A stretch of 64,000 nt of DNA from a bacterium (GCA_963675755.2 CAXXMD010000003.1:832001-896000); one strand, 5' to 3'. Shown: positions 22,322-32,121, counted from the stretch's first letter. The notes: generated by a model not told the origin, from the sequence alone. Numbers and translations: made by a program.

Positions 22322-22966
22322 TTAAATTTCTATTTTTTCAGCACCCGCAACGCTTTTAGGGTCCTGATCAATTAATTTTTTTACATATAAAAGTCTTTGC
22401 ACAACTGTCACATTTGCCAAAACAGCAAGCATGACAATTACGGATTTTAAAATCAATCCCTGAAAAACCAATCCCAATGACAACAATACCAGTCGTTCAG
22501 CACGCTGCAGTAATCCGGTTTTACAGGACACGCCCAATCCATCAGCACGGGCTTTAACATAACTCACAATAAAAGAACCGGTTAATGCAATGGCCAGCCA
22601 TAAACTCCACACCGACTCTCCTGAACGATAAAAGTATATACCCAAACCAGTCATAATAAAAGCTTCGTTAAACCTGTCCACCGTAGAATCCAGAATAGCT
22701 CCAAAAGAACTGGTTTGATTTGTATATTTCGCTACCTGTCCATCAAAGATATCAAATAATCCCATGAGTATAAAAGAGGTTACAGCTAATCCAAACCAGT
22801 TCATAGACACAAACACACCTGCAAGAAAGCCAAATCCCAAACTGATCAGGGTAATAGTATTTGGCTTGATACCAAGATGTGACAATAAAGTTGAAATATT
22901 CAGCATTCGATCACAAAACCACTGCTCAAACGCATTGGGCAATAAACCATTTGGTGATTCTGACAT
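22322..22966 (-). CDS. CDP-alcohol phosphatidyltransferase family protein
   Basis: PNTIT; DIFDGQVAK...FGAILDSTVDR (DxxDGxxAR...GxxLDxxxD); SYVKARA, RAERL. Confidence 0.92.
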   Translation of the reverse strand: MSESPNGLLPNAFEQWFCDRMLNISTLLSHLGIKPNTITLISLGFGFLAGVFVSMNWFGLAVTSFILMGLFDIFDGQVAKYTNQTSSFGAILDSTVDRFNEAFIMTGLGIYFYRSGESVWSLWLAIALTGSFIVSYVKARADGLGVSCKTGLLQRAERLVLLSLGLVFQGLILKSVIVMLAVLANVTVVQRLLYVKKLIDQDPKSVAGAEKIEI

Positions 22967-23000
22967 GTCATACCTCAAAATTCAAGTGAGCTGCCAATCT

Positions 23001-23027
23001 TTCGACCAAAACAGTTTTTTGGTCGAA
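23001..23027. promoter_or_regulatory. Candidate TetR operator 1
   Basis: TTCGACC-N13-GGTCGAA upstream of the CDP-transferase/RND operon; same half-sites and spacing as the site at 23672. Confidence 0.7.
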
Positions 23028-23081
23028 AATACTGTAAAAAAACATGTCGCCTGGGAAAATCCAGTCGAATGATTTACTCTA

Positions 23082-23657
23082 TTATCTCTTTTCTAAACCT
23101 TTATACAAAATATCCAGCATTGTTTTAATATCACGGCTCAAGGTAACGTCTACATTCTCCACAATAAGTGGATACTCGAAGCCTTTAAGTGCAATCGTCA
23201 TCATACGTGCAACCATTGTAGTATCAATAACTTCAAATATTTTACGTTTAATACCATCATCAAGAATGTCTTTAATGGTCTCCATTTCATTCTCGATAAA
23301 TTCTTTACGGATCTGATTTATAAACTCATAATGGGTAAAAAACTCGTCTTTAATGGTCGTATAATAATTACCCAACTCTCTTAAATGTGTCATACGTGTC
23401 AGGATGTATTTATATAGCTTTTCCTTTGGCGAATCTACAGTAAGTATTGCCTGCCTTGTTTTTTGACGCAGCACCGCGGCTTCTCTTTGTATCACAGCAA
23501 TAAAGATCTCTTCTTTACTTTTAAAATAATAATACAGAGATGCCTTGCCCATTCTGGCTTCTTTAGCTATTTCATCCATTGTGGTTTTTTGAATACCATA
23601 ACGCGCAAACCTTTTTTGTGCAATGGATATTATGTTTTCTTTTTTGTCTTCTGCCAT
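23082..23657 (-). CDS. TetR/AcrR family transcriptional regulator
   Basis: FARYGIQKTTMDEIAKEARMGKASLYYYFKSKEEI HTH. Confidence 0.96.
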   Translation of the reverse strand: MAEDKKENIISIAQKRFARYGIQKTTMDEIAKEARMGKASLYYYFKSKEEIFIAVIQREAAVLRQKTRQAILTVDSPKEKLYKYILTRMTHLRELGNYYTTIKDEFFTHYEFINQIRKEFIENEMETIKDILDDGIKRKIFEVIDTTMVARMMTIALKGFEYPLIVENVDVTLSRDIKTMLDILYKGLEKR

Positions 23658-23671
23658 CTCAACCTCGATTA

Positions 23672-23727
23672 TTCGACCAAAAACGTTCTACGGTCGAAAA
23701 TATACTAAAAAAACACGCTTTGTTCAA
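23672..23727 (-). promoter_or_regulatory. tetR promoter (TTGAAC-N17-TATATT) abutting candidate TetR operator 2
   Basis: Operator TTCGACC-N13-GGTCGAA at 23672-23698 lies directly downstream of the -10 hexamer. Confidence 0.65.
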
Positions 23728-23832
23728 GCATAATTTTTAAAACTTTTAATTATACGGCACTTTTCTGAAAATGTTTCACAAACAGATTTAATATCAGCAG
23801 TGCAAATAATAACACTGCTGATATTAAATTCT

Positions 23833-25290
23833 TTACAGGGTTGCAAGCAAATCCGTTGCCTGTTTGCGAACATAGGCCCAGTTGTAATTGTTTTCATTGA
23901 AATTAACAGCTTTACTACAATATTCTTTGGCTTTCTCCGGTTCCCCCTTGGCACGATATACCTGAGCAAGACAGCACAAATTACGTGGATTCCTCAAATT
24001 TGCCTGTTCAAGCTCTGCTATTGCATCTTCCAGTCGGTTTTCCTGCATTGCCAGCAATCCCAATAACTGGTGATGGTTCATGAGCTGATTGTTGTTGTTT
24101 TTCATTTTGGCAGTTTCAGCATACTGAACGATTTTTTCTCTGGCCTGTTCATAATATCCTTTCATAATATCTACACGTATTTCATCAAAAAGATATCCCT
24201 GAACCAGATTCTCCTTTTGGTCCTGGCCTATTAATTCGGAATGCTGTACAAGTTCATTGGCTTCATAATATTTTCCCAATGCATCTGTATACATGGCCTT
24301 TTCAAAATAGAGATCACCCAGAACGTTCAAATCTGCTGCAATATCCAGATCATTGTCACCAGCTTTGGACTTTGTTAATCGTAATTCAGCCAAATTTATT
24401 GCTTTATCCAGGTCCTGATTATCAATACAACACCTGATTTTTGCAAAATCTGCAAGTCGCTTTTGCCCTTCATCCGGGGCTTTTTGATACCAGGTATCAA
24501 AGATCTGCATTGCTTTTTCAGGTTCCTGCATCAGGATATAATTGGTACCCATCCCATTATAAGACATTAAAAACCCGGGATCCATTTTAATAGATTTTTG
24601 ATACGCTTCGACAGACTTTTCAAACTTGCCCTGCTTTAGCAAAATCTCTGCATACGAATCCCAGGGATTTGCTTCATCAGGTATCAAATCTGTGTATTTT
24701 TTAATCATCTCTTCTGCCTGATCAAATTTCTCATTGTAAAGGAATGAATACGCCAGTAAATTATAAGCGGGTGCAAAACGAGGATCAATAACAATGGTCT
24801 TTTGGAGTTCACTTATCGCTACATCCCAATCCTGTTGATTCGCATAAATAGCGCCTCTGTTGAAATGCAACCGTTTATCCTGTGGAAACATACTTACCAA
24901 TTGAGCGGCGAGTTTCTTTTCTTTTTGGGTATCTCCATCGAATCCTGCCTGAATATTATCAAGATAGAGTCGCTCGCCTTCTGTTACTTTATCGCGCAAA
25001 GACATGGCTTTATTGAAATGCTTAAAACCAACCATGGTATTGCCGGTTTGAAAGTAACAAAAGCCCAGATTCAGGTGTGCCAGCGCAAAATTTTTATCGA
25101 TTTCAATTGCCTTTTGATATTCCGGAATCGCTTTTTCAAATTTCAAATTATCGTCCAGTACTTGAGCCACAAAGAAATGAGTCAATGCTTGCTTGGAGGA
25201 TGTAGTTACAGGCATTTCAGTTGGTATTTGCGTACAATACACAAACAGCAAAAAAAACATTGTGAACATCCAAATCATTTTGTTTAACAT
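23833..25290 (-). CDS. Tetratricopeptide repeat protein (paralog B)
   Basis: 485 aa, colinear with 14828-16285 (PVTTSSK, DKRL/DKRI, ANPWDSYAEIL, AELEQANxRNPR, AYVRK). Confidence 0.85.
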   Translation of the reverse strand: MLNKMIWMFTMFFLLFVYCTQIPTEMPVTTSSKQALTHFFVAQVLDDNLKFEKAIPEYQKAIEIDKNFALAHLNLGFCYFQTGNTMVGFKHFNKAMSLRDKVTEGERLYLDNIQAGFDGDTQKEKKLAAQLVSMFPQDKRLHFNRGAIYANQQDWDVAISELQKTIVIDPRFAPAYNLLAYSFLYNEKFDQAEEMIKKYTDLIPDEANPWDSYAEILLKQGKFEKSVEAYQKSIKMDPGFLMSYNGMGTNYILMQEPEKAMQIFDTWYQKAPDEGQKRLADFAKIRCCIDNQDLDKAINLAELRLTKSKAGDNDLDIAADLNVLGDLYFEKAMYTDALGKYYEANELVQHSELIGQDQKENLVQGYLFDEIRVDIMKGYYEQAREKIVQYAETAKMKNNNNQLMNHHQLLGLLAMQENRLEDAIAELEQANLRNPRNLCCLAQVYRAKGEPEKAKEYCSKAVNFNENNYNWAYVRKQATDLLATL

Positions 25291-25509
25291 GGCATTCTCC
25301 TCCCATTTGTTAAACGTTGTTTTGAATTAAAGAACGATTTATTGCGCGAGGAGTACCGAAAGAATAGAAATAATACTTGAGGGGTCAATATCCCATAGAT
25401 GTTTCTGTAACATTTTTATAAAAATAAATATTTCAAATGCATTTTTATTGATATAAAGGACAAAATGCATTATTTTATTGAATATTCATTCATTTACAGG
25501 ACATAATAT

Positions 25510-25944
25510 ATGAATACCAATCCCCGAATCATGCAGGTAGAAATGCCAATAAAAATATATGCATACGATATTGACCTCATGGGCATTGTCAGTAATCTGG
25601 TATATGTAAGATGGTTTGAACATCTTCGTTCCGCGTTTCTTGATACTTATTTCCCGCTTGAAAAAATGCTGAATGAAAACAGCTCGCCCATTTTGGCAAA
25701 AACAGAGATTGAATATAAATATCCCCTAACTATTCAAGAGAATCCCATTGGCACAACCTGGATCATCAATATGAAAAGGTCCCGTTGGGAAATGGGTTTT
25801 GAAATATCAACCGCTGATCGTATCCATTGTAGAGGCAAACAAACCGGATATTATTTCAACATGGAAACACAAAAACCCGCACCCATGCCGGATGTTTTGT
25901 ACAATCAATTCATTAAAGAAAAAACGCTTCTTGAAACAAAATAG
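25510..25944 (+). CDS. Acyl-CoA thioesterase (4HBT/YbgC hotdog family)
   Basis: YDIDLMGIVSNLVYVRWFE motif. Confidence 0.85.
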   Translation: MNTNPRIMQVEMPIKIYAYDIDLMGIVSNLVYVRWFEHLRSAFLDTYFPLEKMLNENSSPILAKTEIEYKYPLTIQENPIGTTWIINMKRSRWEMGFEISTADRIHCRGKQTGYYFNMETQKPAPMPDVLYNQFIKEKTLLETK

Positions 25945-26072
25945 TATATACGTATTCTTTGGCATTTCAAAAAACATCACATGCCGCCTGAAACCTATTA
26001 TTAATCTCAACGTTTAATAAAATAATAAAAAAAGTTGATTTAATTTCAAACCAAAAATAAAACATTGAAGTA

Positions 26073-26101
26073 TTGACAATTATATCTAAATACTTTATAC
26101 T
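26073..26101 (+). promoter_or_regulatory. Putative sigma70 promoter
   Basis: TTGACA-N17-TATACT upstream of the alpha/beta hydrolase. Confidence 0.65.
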
Positions 26102-26121
26102 TATATGGAGCAGGACAATAA

Positions 26122-27000
26122 TTGTGCAGACATAAAACTGGTACAAGAATGCTTATAAAGAATCTGTTTTTACATCGGGAAACTGTCAGGGTTAACAACA
26201 TTAATCTTTTTTATCGTGATACACTGGGTGATAAAGCCCCCATTCTGTGTCTGCATGGCAGGTGGGGACGTGGTGAGACATGGATTGATCTCATTACCCG
26301 ATATAAAAAAGAGTATAGAATCATTGCGCCTGATCAGCGGGGTCATGGATTGACTGAGAAACCGGATTCCGGTTACTCTGCAAAAGATATGGCCAGAGAT
26401 GCTTACGAACTGCTCAAACAGTTGAATTGCATGCCTGCGGTAATTATTGGACATTCTATGGGTGCCAGAATTGCGGCATATCTAAGTGCACACTTTCCTG
26501 AAGCAGTAAAAGCATTGGTTATTATAGACGAAAATGCGGATGGCAGCGGCAGTAGCTTGAATGATGTTAAACCCAAAAATAAAGATCCATTGGATGACGG
26601 TTTGACTACAAACTGGCCAACACCATACCCAACCTATCAGCATGCTATTGAGCACCTCAACAACCTGTACAGCAGGCAGACCAACATTCAATACTTTTTA
26701 GACAGTCTGTATGAAACATCAGATGGGTATGATTATCTTTTTTCCAGAAAAGCGATGAAATCTATTGAAAATGAATATCAGGATTTCTACTCCCTGCTGC
26801 ACAGCATCGAGTGCCCTGTTTTATTTGTACGCGCCAAAGACAGTTGGTGTCTGACGGAACAGGCAGCCAGCAAAATGTGGTCGCAGATAAAAAACTGTAC
26901 CTATATTGAAATTGATAATTCTGACCACATGGTTTATGCCGATAATGCAGACCAATTTTATTCACATCTGGAATCGTTTCTCGCTACTCTGGATGTGTAA
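26122..27000 (+). CDS. Alpha/beta fold hydrolase
   Basis: LHG, PDQRGHG, GHSMG nucleophile elbow, C-terminal DH. The start may be ATG 26149. Confidence 0.9.
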   Translation: MCRHKTGTRMLIKNLFLHRETVRVNNINLFYRDTLGDKAPILCLHGRWGRGETWIDLITRYKKEYRIIAPDQRGHGLTEKPDSGYSAKDMARDAYELLKQLNCMPAVIIGHSMGARIAAYLSAHFPEAVKALVIIDENADGSGSSLNDVKPKNKDPLDDGLTTNWPTPYPTYQHAIEHLNNLYSRQTNIQYFLDSLYETSDGYDYLFSRKAMKSIENEYQDFYSLLHSIECPVLFVRAKDSWCLTEQAASKMWSQIKNCTYIEIDNSDHMVYADNADQFYSHLESFLATLDV

Positions 27001-27002
27001 CG

Positions 27003-28211
27003 TTGAAAATAAACGGTAAAATCACCCGTCGTTCGTTTCTAAAAACCACACCGGTTCTTTTTTCTCCCGTTCTTACCTGCTCATCCAGGGTCACTGTTAA
27101 GACACCCACTTTTAGTTATGGCTGGACGACCTGCCTGACTTATGAAACAGGCAATCGCCAACTGGGATTCGAGTATTTCAGTAATGTATTGGATGAAATG
27201 GCCCGGCACGGTATGGACCATTTACTGGTGATGATGGCCAGTCACGGTTATTATGATCCTTTGAACCATGGGCTGGCGTGGCCGGCTCAAAACCCCAAAC
27301 TTTTGCCACAGATTGATGCAAGTGCGGTAAATGCAAATCCTGAAACCGAATTCTTTTCCCAAATCATTGAAAAGGCCCATAAGCTAAATATAAAGGCATT
27401 CATTGAGATCAAATATCTGGGTATGATCGGCATGGATGATGGCTATCCCGGTTGGGGGACAAAGAAAAAATATAACGGCGAGTATGTTTTTACCATCCGG
27501 CCTGAAGCGAGTGAATACGAACGCAAAGCGATTGAAACATTGCAGATCTGCTGTGATAACGCACAATCACACCAATATATGCGAGACAAGATCACGGATG
27601 TGCTTGTCCGCTATAACAATCTGGATGGTATTGTGCTTGAGCATCCTTCCTATTCCGGAAGCACTTGTTACTGCCAGGATACACGCAATCGCATAAAACA
27701 GGACACCGGAAAAGAAATTGAAGCTTTAACCAAAGATGAATTTCAAGAATGGAAGTGCCTCCGCATTCGGGATACACTGATCGATCTGAAAACCCTTGTT
27801 AAATCCATTAATCCAAAATTCCAGTTTGGTTTTTACACCGGATTTTCACCCAATGATGGAGATGTGAAAGGGTATCAGTTGAACCGGGGACACGGCATTG
27901 AAACGCTGAAACAGGTGGGGCTCGATTTTGTGATGCCCTATTGCGAAGGCCGCCATATTGAAAATGAAACCCGCGAAATCCAAAAAGTGATTGAACACCT
28001 TGATCCCCTGCCCTGCTATGTGCACACAACCATCCGCAGGAACCCGCCGCATAATTACAAACTGCCGCCCAAGGGGCCGGACTATATTCACAATATCATT
28101 GCCTGGGCACAGGCCTACCAGAAACAAAATCCACGTTTCAAAGGTATGTCATTTTTTAACGAAGTTAAGCTGCCGCCGGAAAACCGGCAGGCGGTATATG
28201 ATTCTATCTGA
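27003..28211 (+). CDS. Tat-exported putative TIM-barrel glycoside-hydrolase-like protein (family uncertain)
   Basis: TRRSFLK twin-arginine motif; IIEKAHKLNIK, LDGIVLEHP, CYC pattern as in GHL10-like barrels. Confidence 0.5.
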   Translation: MKINGKITRRSFLKTTPVLFSPVLTCSSRVTVKTPTFSYGWTTCLTYETGNRQLGFEYFSNVLDEMARHGMDHLLVMMASHGYYDPLNHGLAWPAQNPKLLPQIDASAVNANPETEFFSQIIEKAHKLNIKAFIEIKYLGMIGMDDGYPGWGTKKKYNGEYVFTIRPEASEYERKAIETLQICCDNAQSHQYMRDKITDVLVRYNNLDGIVLEHPSYSGSTCYCQDTRNRIKQDTGKEIEALTKDEFQEWKCLRIRDTLIDLKTLVKSINPKFQFGFYTGFSPNDGDVKGYQLNRGHGIETLKQVGLDFVMPYCEGRHIENETREIQKVIEHLDPLPCYVHTTIRRNPPHNYKLPPKGPDYIHNIIAWAQAYQKQNPRFKGMSFFNEVKLPPENRQAVYDSI

Positions 28212-28255
28212 CCAGATTGTTAATAAGCTATTCACGCATTGCTACGGAGTTATGG

Positions 28256-29671
28256 ATGAAAAAGTTTTCTCAATTGTTATTTATATTTTTTTCATTAACA
28301 ACTATTATTTTTGCTGCTGATCGTATCGTAAATGTCTATTATTATCCCTGGTATGATGTTACACGTCACTGGGGTGAAGGCTATCTCAGAGATCATCTCG
28401 TTCCTCAGCAAATGCCAATGCTTGGCGAATATTCAAATCGTGACAGCGAGATAATAGAACAGCATCTAGACTGGTCGGACAGCTATGGCATAGACAATTG
28501 GGTTTGCAGCTGGTGGGGACCCGACAGCTGGGAAGATGTAACCATTCTGGACCATATTGTCCCCCAAATGGAGAACCATCAAACAACTTATTGTTTACTG
28601 TATGAAGCGGCTGGACTTTTAAACCTCTCTAACGATGCCATTGAATTTGATAACGATAGGGCAGCAGCTTTGCGCAATCATTTCGATTACATGGCCCAAA
28701 ACCATTTCAATAATCCCCATTATCAAAAAATAGATGGCAGACCGGTAGTATATATCTATTTGACCCGCACCTTTACAGGTGATTATAAAAACGCATTGCA
28801 ACAGGTCCGTGACGACATGAACACCCTGGGATACAATGTTTACCTTGTTGGCGATGAAGTCTACTGGGGAGACGCAAATTATGAGCGAATTGCAACCCTG
28901 GATGCTATTACCGCTTACAACATGCACGGTCCGCATGAATACGCAGGCTATCCCCAGGATACCGGTTTTATTGAGGATGTAGCAGAAAAGTATGAATATT
29001 ACAGAAATGCCGCTCAAATATTGGGTGGGGGTGCCAAATTTATCCCCAAGATCATGCCCGGCTTTAATGACAGAGGCGTCCGGTTGGATGCGGACCACTA
29101 TATCATCCCCAACCAAGTCCACCCTGATTCCAGTCAAACCAGTACATTTGAGCATTTTGCAGATGCGGTGGAACACCTGATAGACCCTGATTTGAATATG
29201 GTATGCATTACCTCGTTTAACGAATGGCATGAAGATACACAGATAGAACCGACCATAAACACTGCAACCACCCAAACAGACGACAGTGAAAATAATGATT
29301 ATACTCAAAATTTCAGCTATACAGGTTACGGATTGGATTACCTGGAAATCATTCGGGATAAATACACTGACAATAATACAAGTGTAATGGATTCGGAACA
29401 AATCCCATCATCATTCAAGCTGCTACAAAATTATCCCAACCCCTTTAATCCTTCCACACAAATATCGTATAAACTTTTAACGTCGGGTCACGTCAAACTT
29501 TTAGTATATGATATTCAGGGCCGGGAAATACAACAACTTGTTGATGAATTTCAAAATCCGGGGATTTATCATTACTCGTTCAATGCAAAAACGCTGGCCA
29601 GTGGGATCTATTTTTACCGACTTTTCGGGAGCAATCAATCTATTACAAAAAAAATGGTGCTCCTGCAATGA
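28256..29671 (+). CDS. GH99-like glycoside hydrolase with T9SS type A C-terminal sorting domain
   Basis: YYYPWY, SWWG, PGFND, ITSFNEWHEDTQIEP; C-terminal QNYPNPFNPSTQISY...LASGIYFYRL...TKKMVLLQ. Confidence 0.82.
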   Translation: MKKFSQLLFIFFSLTTIIFAADRIVNVYYYPWYDVTRHWGEGYLRDHLVPQQMPMLGEYSNRDSEIIEQHLDWSDSYGIDNWVCSWWGPDSWEDVTILDHIVPQMENHQTTYCLLYEAAGLLNLSNDAIEFDNDRAAALRNHFDYMAQNHFNNPHYQKIDGRPVVYIYLTRTFTGDYKNALQQVRDDMNTLGYNVYLVGDEVYWGDANYERIATLDAITAYNMHGPHEYAGYPQDTGFIEDVAEKYEYYRNAAQILGGGAKFIPKIMPGFNDRGVRLDADHYIIPNQVHPDSSQTSTFEHFADAVEHLIDPDLNMVCITSFNEWHEDTQIEPTINTATTQTDDSENNDYTQNFSYTGYGLDYLEIIRDKYTDNNTSVMDSEQIPSSFKLLQNYPNPFNPSTQISYKLLTSGHVKLLVYDIQGREIQQLVDEFQNPGIYHYSFNAKTLASGIYFYRLFGSNQSITKKMVLLQ

Positions 29672-29681
29672 ATCATAAGCC

Positions 29682-30479
29682 TTATTCCATCCAGCCATAA
29701 AACGTGCGGGTATATTTCCACTCTGTACCCGTTTTTTCATATTCTGCCGTACCTCCCGTACTCCACGAATCACGATAGAACAGAATTGCTTTGGGTTCAT
29801 CCTCATTCATAATCACCATTGAAACATGAGGAAAAGAATAATAATGAAAAGACGGCACCCAGTGATTATGATACAGCGCAAATTTGGATTCAAGAAAACC
29901 AACTTTATCCCACACATACTCCCAACTCTGCCATTCAGAGTTATAAAAACTCTCTAAACCGGAATATTCGGATATATAAAAATTAAGCACCTCTTTATAT
30001 CTGTCTGTTAAATAAAGCACATTTTGACCGGTATCCCGAACCTGTGGCCAGAACGGAGCTATTTCGTTAAAGTCCAATGCAGAATATTCAGACGCCGCAC
30101 CTACCCCGTATCGGCTTGAATCTACAACAATGTATACAATCTCATTCTGCAAAACCAGGTATTCAGACTCTAGATACTCTCTTGAAGGTTTGTAAAAATC
30201 ATAAAACAGTTGGTAAATTTCTTTATCCCAATCTGAATTATAATTTGGTTGATTTGCTTCTTGCGCATAAACTTTGTTCCAGGCATCACAAAAGGAATTC
30301 AACTGGTGTTGAGACTGGCTCGTATAAGCCGATCTCAATAAAACGTCTTCGGATTTTACCACATACATGGAATCTATGGGATGGTTGAACGAGATTACAA
30401 ACTCGTCGGGTTGGAATGGAGATTTTGTGGTTTCACAGAACAATAAAAACAGGAAAAATACGGGCAATAATTTTTTCAT
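29682..30479 (-). CDS. Hypothetical (lipo)protein
   Basis: MKKLLPVFFLFLLFC signal, GAGGGG RBS, about 265 aa; no recognised domain. Confidence 0.65.
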   Translation of the reverse strand: MKKLLPVFFLFLLFCETTKSPFQPDEFVISFNHPIDSMYVVKSEDVLLRSAYTSQSQHQLNSFCDAWNKVYAQEANQPNYNSDWDKEIYQLFYDFYKPSREYLESEYLVLQNEIVYIVVDSSRYGVGAASEYSALDFNEIAPFWPQVRDTGQNVLYLTDRYKEVLNFYISEYSGLESFYNSEWQSWEYVWDKVGFLESKFALYHNHWVPSFHYYSFPHVSMVIMNEDEPKAILFYRDSWSTGGTAEYEKTGTEWKYTRTFYGWME

Positions 30480-30596
30480 TTTTCTTCCCCTCATTTAACT
30501 CCTATAGTGTATAGAAAATCTAAATATGATGCAAGAGAAATACAAGATTAATATTAAATTGTGCTGACAAACCTGCTGTTCTCAAAAAACAATACC

Positions 30597-30736
30597 AGAA
30601 CACGAATGACACAAATGATACGAATTTTCACAATTTTTTCAAGGATACTAATTAATGATAATATATCTCTAGGATTAATACTAATACATCAAATACGATT
30701 TATGGAAATCAGTGTCATTCGTTTTTTTCGTGTTCT
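30597..30736. repeat. Imperfect inverted repeat built from CACGAAT-type short repeats
   Basis: AGAACACGAATGACAC...GTGTCATTCG...TTCGTGTTCT. Confidence 0.55.
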
Positions 30737-30860
30737 ATCTCTTCCTTTGACTTTACAACCTTTCCTTCGCAGCATCTTTTATTTTACAAAAGATACCCGA
30801 TTTTATTCTTGAAATAAAACTATGCATTTACTATTTTGATCAAACCCAACAAAAGGATGT

Positions 30861-31958
30861 ATGATTATGAAAAACAGACGTGACTTTATAAAAACCGTAA
30901 CTGCCGCGGTCTGTACTGCCCCCTTTGCGGCTTGCAGCAAAAAAGAGGTTGATCCGCAAACCGTCAAAGGCGAATACGACCGGATATCTGATTTCTGCAA
31001 AAGCCTTGTGCCCATGAACCGGATATTAGAGATGGAAGGCTATTATGTCTGGTGCAATACCCCCATATACGGTCCGGACAACAAGGTGCATGTCTATCTA
31101 TCCCGATGGAAAGAAGAATACGGCATGAGCGGCTGGATCCACAAATGCGAGATTGCGCACGCGGTTGCGGATAAACCGGAAGGTCCCTATGAATATGTGA
31201 GTACCGTTCTCGCTCCCCGTCCGGGTTACTGGGATGCCACCACCTGCCATAATCCGCATATCCAGCATATTGATGGCAAATATTGTCTATTCTACATGGG
31301 CAATTCAAACGGCAAGACCAATACCAAACGAATCGGTCTGGCTACAGCAGACAGCCCCTACGGTCCATGGGAACGTCCGGACAAGCCCCTGCTTGAAGCA
31401 GGTAAACCCGGCAGTTGGGATGATCACTGCACCACCAATCCGGCATTCATCAAACATCCTAATGGACAATACTGGCTCTACTATAAATCCTGGAACACTG
31501 CCGATTATGAAGCGGCAAAAGGTAAACGCATACGCGGCAACCGTCAATATGGTCTGGCCATTGCAGACAATATCTACGGCCCCTATATCAAATACGACAA
31601 GAACCCGGTAATCGATTTCTCATACCTGGGCGAAAACCAACAGCTTGAAGACGCTTATGTGTGGGTGGAAGATAAAAAGATCAAACTCATTGCGCGGGAT
31701 ATGGGATTTTTTGATCATTTTGCGGGATTGTATTTTGAATCGGATGATGGTCTGAAATGGCCGGAACCGGAAATCGCTTTTTTTGGTACGGACCACTATT
31801 TTGAGCAGCCACCCAAACCCAAACACCTGAACCGATACGGACGGCTGGAACGCCCGCAATTGCTGCTCAAAGATGGTAAACCCGATTATCTGTTTACCAC
31901 TTCGCAAGGCGGTAAATATATGACGTCAAGCGGGTATGTATTTAAAATAAAATCCTGA
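30861..31958 (+). CDS. Five-bladed beta-propeller glycoside hydrolase (GH43/GH117-like), Tat lipoprotein
   Basis: NRRDFIK Tat motif plus FAAC lipobox; AVADKPEGPY, TCHNPHI, WDDHCTTNPAF, LEDAYVW, LERPQLL. Confidence 0.8.
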   Translation: MIMKNRRDFIKTVTAAVCTAPFAACSKKEVDPQTVKGEYDRISDFCKSLVPMNRILEMEGYYVWCNTPIYGPDNKVHVYLSRWKEEYGMSGWIHKCEIAHAVADKPEGPYEYVSTVLAPRPGYWDATTCHNPHIQHIDGKYCLFYMGNSNGKTNTKRIGLATADSPYGPWERPDKPLLEAGKPGSWDDHCTTNPAFIKHPNGQYWLYYKSWNTADYEAAKGKRIRGNRQYGLAIADNIYGPYIKYDKNPVIDFSYLGENQQLEDAYVWVEDKKIKLIARDMGFFDHFAGLYFESDDGLKWPEPEIAFFGTDHYFEQPPKPKHLNRYGRLERPQLLLKDGKPDYLFTTSQGGKYMTSSGYVFKIKS

Positions 31959-31973
31959 TTCAGTATGAATCTT

Positions 31974-32075
31974 TGATCGCTCAGTAAACCGCAAGTTGGC
32001 AGATGCCGGGTGGAATATTGCGGGACGAATGTCCCTGTATGATATTCCACGATGCAGCAGTCTGCATCGCGATCA
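31974..32075. repeat. 102-nt multi-hairpin element, copy 1 (first arm degenerate)
   Basis: TGATC...GGAATATTGCGGGACGAATGTCCCTGTATGATATTCCACGATGCAGCAGTCTGCATCGCGATCA; same length as copies 2 and 3. Confidence 0.9.
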
Positions 32076-32121
32076 GTAAATAAATACTGGACATTCTTCA
32101 TTTTAATTCCCCAAAGTTATT

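Noticed and set aside
28619-29401. Long antisense ORFs (e.g. 260 aa here, 231 aa at 44220-44915, 186 aa at 56001-56561)
   Set aside because: They are shadow frames opposite well-supported genes and contain no motifs.
31886-32101. 71-aa ORF MKNVQYLFTDRD... as a real protein
   Set aside because: It reads through the palindromic element and overlaps the convergent GH gene, and the second copy stops after 27 codons.
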